From Eledone cirrhosa (lineage: Eukaryota), in the NCBI GenBank assembly GCA_964016885.1, contig OZ024745.1:53072001-53136000 (forward strand): a DNA stretch of 64,000 nt, in the 5' to 3' direction. Below are positions 56,099 to 64,000 of this stretch, piece after piece (the stretch's first letter is position 1; each line of letters begins with the position of its first letter). The translations under genes were made by a program, and so were the position numbers. The notes beneath the pieces are model-generated. The model worked only from the letters and a program-made list of their open reading frames with translations. It was not told where the DNA came from and made no database searches.

Positions 56099-58300
56099 TA
56101 TATATATATAGAGAGAGAGAGAGTGAGAGAGAGAGCGGGGGGAGACAGAGTGACAGAGAAAGAGAGAGAGAGATTATACTACCACTAATATCGAACGAAT
56201 AGTAGGATGATAATGTCTTCGAGTGGAAATTTCCAGGGAATATCAAATTTTGGCAGTTCTGCATAAATATATATGAAGCAGCATTTATGATCTAACACGG
56301 TTCACAAAAGCTCTATTTTTGTATTCTGAGTGCGTATATATATAAAAGGTTAAATATTACAAAACTATTAATTGAATAAATTGAAGACTGCGAACGCTTA
56401 TAAACAAACACACATGATTATTGAATAGAAAATGAACGTTTAGCTTTCACGTCTTTACCTAAGTGTACCTGGCGAACTAATGTTTGAAATTTCCTTGGGT
56501 AATGGAGATAATTTGTGTGTGTAATAGCTTTCTCAATTTATTTATCAGAAGAAAATAATGCAATACTCATTAAATGTCATTATAGAAACAATTATATACT
56601 ATAACATTACAAAATAAATAGAATTATCAATTTTCTTGTAAAAGAAAATGCATTTTATGAAGTTATTTTAAAATTAGTACACTCACATTCAACCGTTTCC
56701 TTTCTCTTTGTAGAATAACAATAAACAAACCTTCTTTTATACATATATATATATAATGTAGTTTGTTCAATAATTTTCTTGATTACTGGTGGGTTGCACC
56801 AATATGAGCAGTTGATGTTCTAGCCGAGTGCATATATTATTTATGAGATAAATAAATTTCACTTAAAATATTTTTATTTTATATCGAACGCTACATATGT
56901 TTCACGGATGATAGACTCTAAATGTTATCGATGTGATAGACATGATGCCTGTATCGATCTGCTCAACAGACCTGTGGAGTCAAATTAATACAATTTTATG
57001 AAAATAATTTGATTTGAAAGAAAAGGAAAAAAATGTAAAAGTAGACATTTCTTTTTTTCTCTTTCTTTTACTTCCATGTCTTTTCTCTTTCCTTTAATTT
57101 TCTTTCTCTGTTATTGTTTCTATTTTCACCTTAACTATCATTAATCTTTTATCGTTTATTTTACTCTTTGCGTTTCTGCATTTCATCATTGTATCCATTG
57201 TTGTTATTTGGTATTATTTGGTATTACTTCAGGAAGATTTCGCTTCCATTCCGTGTAGTTAAGGCGAACTTATCGCACCTTGTTTGGTGATGCATACTGA
57301 GTTAGTCTATTAGCATCGTTCACATCATTTTTAGTTCCTTCTACGATATGAAAGATTATAACATTCCTTCTCAATGAACAAGTGGGTCTCAACATATGAT
57401 TATCAAATATGTTGATGTGGAATTCCCTGTGGATGGCGTCTCTGAATGATTTATTCTTTAAACTATTCCATTTTCCTTAACACAAACTTGTACGTAATCA
57501 GAGACTTTTTCGTCACAACTTCGTCATGTAAAGCAGTTAAAATAAAACCAAATCTAACTGAAGTTCTTTCTCAGATATATAAAAATAATATATCTGTTTG
57601 GCGAGGTTTGATATATAATTATATCAGGCTGGCCTTTTAATTTTGTCTCCGATAAGTAAGTTAATATTAACATGACTATATAAATATTAATAAGAAAAAT
57701 GAAAATGGGATAAACAAAGCCGGGTGCTTCTGATAATACGTTTTTACAAACGGGGCTGATATGATGTCTAAAGAACACCAACATAGTAATTACTCTCTCA
57801 GTCTTAGCTTGATATAATTAATTCTAACAGTGTATTGTGTCTATTTAATCAACCAAACCACTAAACTAGACTTGTAATCACACGTCTGATGTCTAAACAA
57901 TAGAAATGAACATTGTATTATATTTGAGTTATCTGTTTAGAAGTGTGCTATATCTTGAGTGACGTAGTTTTGGGTAGAATGTCTTTGCACTGAAATGTTT
58001 TTAAACGGTCTAAAATGGTAATTATTCGAGAGCTAGAAGATAGCGTTCAATAATATAGGGTTTGATTGATGTTAATTTTTTTGTTCTTTGGTAATTGAAA
58101 TATATGCTGAATACTGTTATTTGAAATGATTTGTGATGGTTATAACAGGTTAAAATCAGGTGTTTTGTAAGTGTTTATGTATTGTCTGTATTATTTAAAG
58201 CAACACAAATGTGAAGATTTAACAATCATATACCATATGACGTTCTGTCACGTTAATGGCGTTAGAGAAGTAGTTGAAGATGAGGTTTCGTGACAGTGAT

Positions 58301-58455
58301 AATAATTGTTTCTACGTTTGGCACAAGGCCAGCAATTACCCAGTGCATTACTGGTACTTTATTTTATCGACCCCGTAAGGATGAAAGGCAAAGTTAACCT
58401 CGGCGGGATTTGAACTCAGAATGGCAAGGGCCGTAACTCTATGCGGCAAAGCATA
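58301..58455 (-). mobile_element. tRNA-derived SINE copy, 5'-truncated
   Basis: Same family. Confidence 0.88.
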
Positions 58456-58669
58456 TAGCACTGTAATCGTTGGAAATTTACGAAACGATTTTCATGCGTT
58501 TATCTTTGTAAATGTTCAATTATTATTATATAAATCCTTATATAATTGATTGCATGTTTGTGTGCACGTGTTTCTTGAGCTTAAGTTTAATAGTGAGAGA
58601 GGGGGAGAGAGAGGGGGAACAGAGGGTGGAGAGAGGGGGATAGAGATAGGGTGAGAGAAAGAGAGGTGA

Positions 58670-59465
58670 TTCAAAGAAACCGGTCTCATTTTAATGTTTG
58701 TCGAAATTATTAATATATAAAGAAAACGTTAAAATTATATCAAAAATATATCTTCTGATGTTTTATTCAGTGTTACAACAATGTTAGAACTGATCCCCCA
58801 TTTGAACCCACGTGCTTTTTGAGACGCTTGGCAAAATTTCGAATAAGGTCTTTACACACAGACCCAGGGATGACTCTGAACTCATCCCTAACGTTCTCTT
58901 TTCATTTAGTAATGGTCCTGAGTTTGTTGACATTTACCATATCCTTCATATAACCCCAAAGGGCTGTGTGGGACACACTCAAAATCAGTCTTCACGCAAA
59001 TCATATGATTTCCAATCTCGGGATTCATTGGATGTGTGAGAGCATGTTTCGTCGTGCTGGAACCAGAACGTATTCATTCGAGGTGGGTACATGGTCTATA
59101 ATTCCTTTTTGAAGTCATCCAGGAACTCCACATACCGATTCTTTGTTTCTGTAGCAGTGGCCCCCTTTTCTCCGAAGAATAATGCGGCAATTAACCTTCT
59201 AGCATCCCAGACAGTCCATTTAAACGAGTGGAAAGGTTTCACAGTTACTTCAGAGTGTTTCGATTTTTGTTTATTCTATATTCTGTAGGTGTACATCTAA
59301 AGATCCTCTCTAGAGGTACTTCTAGAGATCCCCTGCTTGTTTCTATGGAGATAGCTAAGAATTGGTTTCTCCTCTACAACGATCGTTTTGGGCTCCATTC
59401 AACAGACTCTCGGACCATGTCAATAACCTACTGTTTACGCTTCTTCTTGGGTCATCCAGACTGTG
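58670..59465 (-). mobile_element. Decayed Tc1/mariner DNA transposon relic
   Basis: Minus-strand remnants FQHDETCSHTSNES (cf. FQQDGA.CHT) and FWGYMKDMVNVNKLRTITK*KENVRDE...NFAKRLKK..GSNGG (cf. WGYLK..VY...P.T..ELK..I...NF..RL..C...NGG). Boundaries approximate. Confidence 0.7.
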
Positions 59466-59661
59466 TAGTATGGTTCTCAGATATTGTATAGAGGCTCTCC
59501 ACTGTCCCATTCGTCTCAGATTTCTTGATCCAGTGTTGTATATTGGCTTGATCCGGTCCAAGATGTTAAAAGCTTTAACTACAGACTGAATCTTAAGCCT
59601 TAAATCTGACTGACTCTTAAGTACCGGGTGGCAAGGACCTCTTGAAAGACACCTAAGCAAT

Positions 59662-59975
59662 GTCGGGAGTGATAATCCTAATTTTCAAAAAGGATGACAA
59701 GAGAGATTGCTCCAATTACTGAGGGTGGTCCTTATTAAGCATCAACGCTAAAGTCTATGCTAAGTGATTGGCAAAGAGATGCAGGGAGATTGTCGAATCC
59801 CAGCTAACTGATAAACAGTGCGGTTTTCGCCCTGGACGCAGCACAGCCGACCAAATATTCACACTGCGACAGGTCTTCAAGAAATCGTAGGAATATAGCC
59901 AAGACGTGTATTCTTGTTTTGTCGACCTTGAAAAGGCATATGACCGCATTCCTCGGCATCTGCCGTGGAAGGTTC
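59662..59975 (+). pseudogene. RTE-clade reverse transcriptase fragment
   Basis: GVIILIFKKDDKRDCSNY*G.SLLS..AKVYAK...QCGFRPGRSTADQIFTLRQ...CFVDLEKAYDRIPR, with in-frame stops. Confidence 0.88.
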
Positions 59976-60209
59976 GGCCGAGCGGATGGCATCCCACCAA
60001 AGGATTAGTATGCAACATATTTGATGTTTTCGAAATGCGCATAAAATATTATATAGTAGACTTAAGTTCTATACGTAAGACCGTATCACTTCTTTATAAT
60101 TTTGACAATCCGTCTGATACCTGAAAGGTACTTATGTCATGGAATGCTTACGTCTGTTTTCACTACAATCGGTTTATTGATTGTTTAACCAGCATTTTAT
60201 ACTTGGAAC

Positions 60210-60262
<53 letters not shown>

Positions 60263-60591
60263 TGTGTGTAGGTGTGTGTGTGAGTGTATATATATATATT
60301 TATATTGTTATACTTTGGGAGGGTCATGTTGCCAATAAGAAACACACGCACCAGTTGCTTTCACTTCAATTTATTATTATAATAAATTTATAATAAATTT
60401 ATAAATTTATAAATTTCTGGTTGGTTGGTTGGTTCCACAACCAGATAGTTGTTTATATATTGTCATAGTTCTTTCGTCACACACTCTGTGACCTCTTCAG
60501 TGACTGGGGATTCCTTTCTTTGTTTCTGTGCCTCTCCTTTGTTCTGTCCTACGCCATTTTGTTTCTGTGTGTGTTTCTGTGTGTGTTTCAT

Positions 60592-60933
60592 ATTAACTGT
60601 AAAACTAGAAATGTAGTGTATAGCATAAGATGTACTGAAGGACAATGAAGAGACATAAATATTGTGTACATAGGTGAGACAGCTCGTAGTGTAGGGCAAC
60701 GGATAAATGAACACTGGCGAGACCTTCAAGATAGTAAAGAATCATCTGTACTTTACCAACATGCTTAAATAGAACACAAGGGTAAATTAGAGAACATAGA
60801 AATAAAAATAAAATCTACACACAGAAAAAACGCAATGTTTAGACAAATTACAGAGGCAATAAACATAAAAGAATTACAACCAAAATTAAATAGAAAATAT
60901 GAGTGGAACAGCAACATCACAACTTACAATTAA
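60592..60933 (+). pseudogene. GIY-YIG endonuclease remnant (absent from the ORF track)
   Basis: Hand translation: INCKTRNVVYSIRCTEGQ*RDINIVYIGETARSVGQRINEHWRDLQDSKESSVLYQHA*IEHKGKLENIEIKIKSTHRKNAMFRQITEAINIKELQPKLNRKYEWNSNITTYN*. Shows VVY..YIGET, R..EH, RQITEA and LNRKYEW. Confidence 0.9.
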
Positions 60934-61134
60934 GGACAAAATGAAAACACACACACACATAGAACAAACAACCAACCAGTAACATGTAAATAAACAAATA
61001 AATAAATGAACATAAACACACACAGACACCCGGATGTGGCGCATGCGCAGACTGAGCACACAACACACACACAGAAACAAAATGGCGTAGGACAGAACAA
61101 AGGAGAGGCACAGAAACAAAGAAAGGAATCCCCA

Positions 61135-61177
61135 GTCACTGAAGAGGTCACAGAGTGTGTGACGAAAGAACTATGAC
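61135..61177 (+). ncRNA. Minimal type-I hammerhead, family A (identical mirror on - at 60462-60504)
   Basis: GUCA-CUGAAGA-G-GUCACA-GAGUG-UGUGAC-GAAA-GAAC-UA-UGAC, with an intact core and a CUA triplet. Confidence 0.85.
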
Positions 61178-61391
61178 AATATATAAACAACTATCTGGTT
61201 GTGGAACCAACCAACCAACCAGAAATTTATAAATTTATAAATTTATTATAAATTTATAATAATAATAAATTGAAGTGAAAGCAACTGGTGCGTGTGTTTC
61301 TTATTGGCAACATGACCCTCCCAAAGTATAACAATATCGGTTTCAACACACGATTTCAGATAAAGAATCTTGCTAAACAAATTCAGAAACG

Positions 61392-61459
<68 letters not shown>

Positions 61460-61760
61460 GCGGTATATATATACGTATATTATGTATATATCTTTTTTCG
61501 TTTTCTTATGCATAGCTTCAAATCACGAGAATGATACACTTTGTTAGTGTCCTAGTGTTACATAAAGCATATGATGCATATGATGCATATGATGCATATG
61601 ATGCATTTCTGGAGCCAATACTCCAACAGATGTACTAGGGTTTCATTCTAACTGAAGACATTTAAAAAAATAAACATTATTGGGTAGTGTTTTTTTCTTA
61701 ATTACATGAATCTTATATATAAATATATATATCGTGCGTGTATGTGTATATGTGTGTTTG

Positions 61761-61813
<53 letters not shown>

Positions 61814-62803
61814 TATATAATATATATATATATAATATATATATATATGATATATATATATAATATATATATATATGTGTGTGTGTGTATATGTACGTAT
61901 GGACGTATGTATGTATGCCACATCACCGTAGATATCTCACACTACAGGTAATTACCAGCTGGGATCAATCCAGTAGAATTATACTACACTCTGGTCGAAA
62001 ATTCCGTTCAACTCTCAATCAAACGCTATCGTCAAAGATGAGGATGAACATCTGCTTTCGCATATTTCCGTCTTCACAATAACATCTATATATTTCCTGT
62101 CATTAACAATACTGCTGTATTTCTCTTTCCGGTAGTTTCATTATAGCTTCCTTTTTTCTTCATTAGTGGTAAAGTTAATTAATAAGTATACAATTTTAAA
62201 CATACAACGGAAATTAAAATTATGAGTTCTATATTCTATGTTTGAAGAATGGTTGTTTCAATCATCTGCTATCACAATATAGTAATTATAAGAAAAGGCA
62301 CTTGATAAAATCATGCCACAAATTCAAATTAACTTCCTTCGTATTCACTGAATGTATGTATCATTTCATATATTATTAGGATAGGATTTGAACATTTGAC
62401 TTTTATCGTTTTGCTCAAAATCGACGTTCTTGTTTTCTTTTTCGGCTTAACTATCAAACAATTATTATCCATCTCTCTCTCTGGATATATATACAAGCAA
62501 GCATTGATATAGCAAGCATTGATATAGATGTCATAAGCAAGAAGTATACCATTAACAATAATTCATTAAAAAAATTATGGCTGGTGTAATATTATTAAAA
62601 TGAGCATATTAAGAGGATAATTGAAATACATATATGTTTCCAGTGTTGATTATTTTAATTGTCGAAATTTCAGTCAGTGAAATGTTCTAGTGAGGCTTTC
62701 TTGTATTAGGTAACTATACTAGGAATGTACCCTCCGAAAATTTGCATAAGTTATTCAAAATTAGATATATTTGGGGGACATTTTTATTTAAATGGTCTGT
62801 ATT

Positions 62804-62840
<37 letters not shown>

Positions 62841-64000
62841 GTGTGTGTGTGTGTGTGTATACATATATCCATATGGGGTTGGCGCCTGAGAGAAAGGAAT
62901 ACTCAATAATACCGAAGTAGAATTTTAATATCAAATTTTATTAAGGCTAAATAGTTTCGTCTGTTTATCAAATGGTTCACTGGAGTAGAGGACTAGACAT
63001 CATCTAAGTCCATCCAATTTGATATAGCTGATTATTACTCGTCTGTCACACCGGTTCTTCTTAACAAGGCCCTTAGACATGTAGGGATTGCAACAACTAC
63101 TTCGACATAACTGTAGGTTCAAATAACTCGACCCATGTTACGAACATTGTCGAAATCTATCTCACGCATAAACTACATCCGGAATTTGTTTACTTTCAGG
63201 GCGGAATATACAGAATGACGTTCTTCTACCTGCAAAGAATGTCAACGGTCAACAGCTTAATGGAAGAAGGAAAGCTATAATATCCTTCTTTAATCATCTA
63301 AGCCTTAAAATATTCTTAAACCATGATTTTAGATTAGCTAATTTTTAGACGTGACGTTAGACTTCAACACTGGCCTTTCAAAAGAAAACGAAAATCTGAA
63401 TTATGTTAATAGGTATTCAAATTACACAAGATCTATTATCTTAGTTGGAAATGTGGCTCATAGAATCTATAGGCTCTCAGTCTTTGAGTCCACCTTCAAT
63501 GAATTTGAATTAGCAAACATTATGCTAAACGCGTCCACGATACCAATTGCATAGAAATATTAAGATACGACTGACTTAGGAGACATTCGAAAATAGCAAC
63601 CGTCGATCACTATAAACTATAGTTTAAAAAGTCGTATAAACTTAATATTGAGAGGGGGAAAGTGAACAGGCTTGCGTGAAGACACACACCCACATGGATA
63701 ACAACTGATTGATCGATTAGTTGGTTGGTTGATTGGTTGGGTGATTTGTCGTTTAGTTGATTGTTTGATTGGCTTGTTGATTTACTGGATAATTGAAATA
63801 TGGAACGTAAGATTTGATTTATAAATACCATGTCATACAATTGGTTTAATATATCTGCTAGCTGTAATTGTATGACGTTCACATATTTTGGATAAGAATA
63901 TACTCGTTGTTTGAAATTATGAACTGAGTTGACACTCACAATGATATTCAACATGTACAAATGAAATAACTTGGATAGTCTAAATTTAAATCCTTGAAAC

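Larger units (their letters stand above)
60298..61395 (+). mobile_element. 5'-truncated Nematis-type Penelope-like element: inverted pLTR, GIY-YIG fragment, pLTR (family A)
   Basis: Near-identical ~280-bp inverted arms (~60300-60575 and ~61065-61337) enclose a GIY-YIG coding remnant; (TA)n flanks. Confidence 0.9.

Overview
This is AT-rich animal non-coding DNA saturated with microsatellites. The SINE family and repeat landscape suggest an octopod cephalopod (inference). I found no host protein-coding exon I can support, and most short ORFs in the track are translations of microsatellites. The non-LTR retrotransposons are a near full-length Tx1-clade element (12014-18000), a degraded Tx1 copy (1-3340), an R4/Dong-type element (18259-20808), a CR1-type LINE with an open 1006-codon ORF2 (36311-39331), and CRE and RTE relics. 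There are also seven copies of one tRNA-type SINE, a Helentron-like element and a Tc1/mariner relic. The most striking content is a dense set of Penelope-like element (PLE) derivatives sitting in (TA)n tracts: two Naiad-type fragments, one Nematis-type GIY-YIG fragment missed by the ORF track, and about a dozen short non-coding inserts. Many of these inserts are fold-back palindromes and carry minimal type-I hammerhead ribozyme motifs from several unrelated sequence families, some with variant cores (UUGAAAA, CCGAAGA). Other points of note are a shared 3' end between the SINE and the Tx1 LINE, a (TTA)n-linked retroelement train, and a terminally redundant 571-nt retrozyme-like unit. All structures were read by eye; no folding or database search was run.
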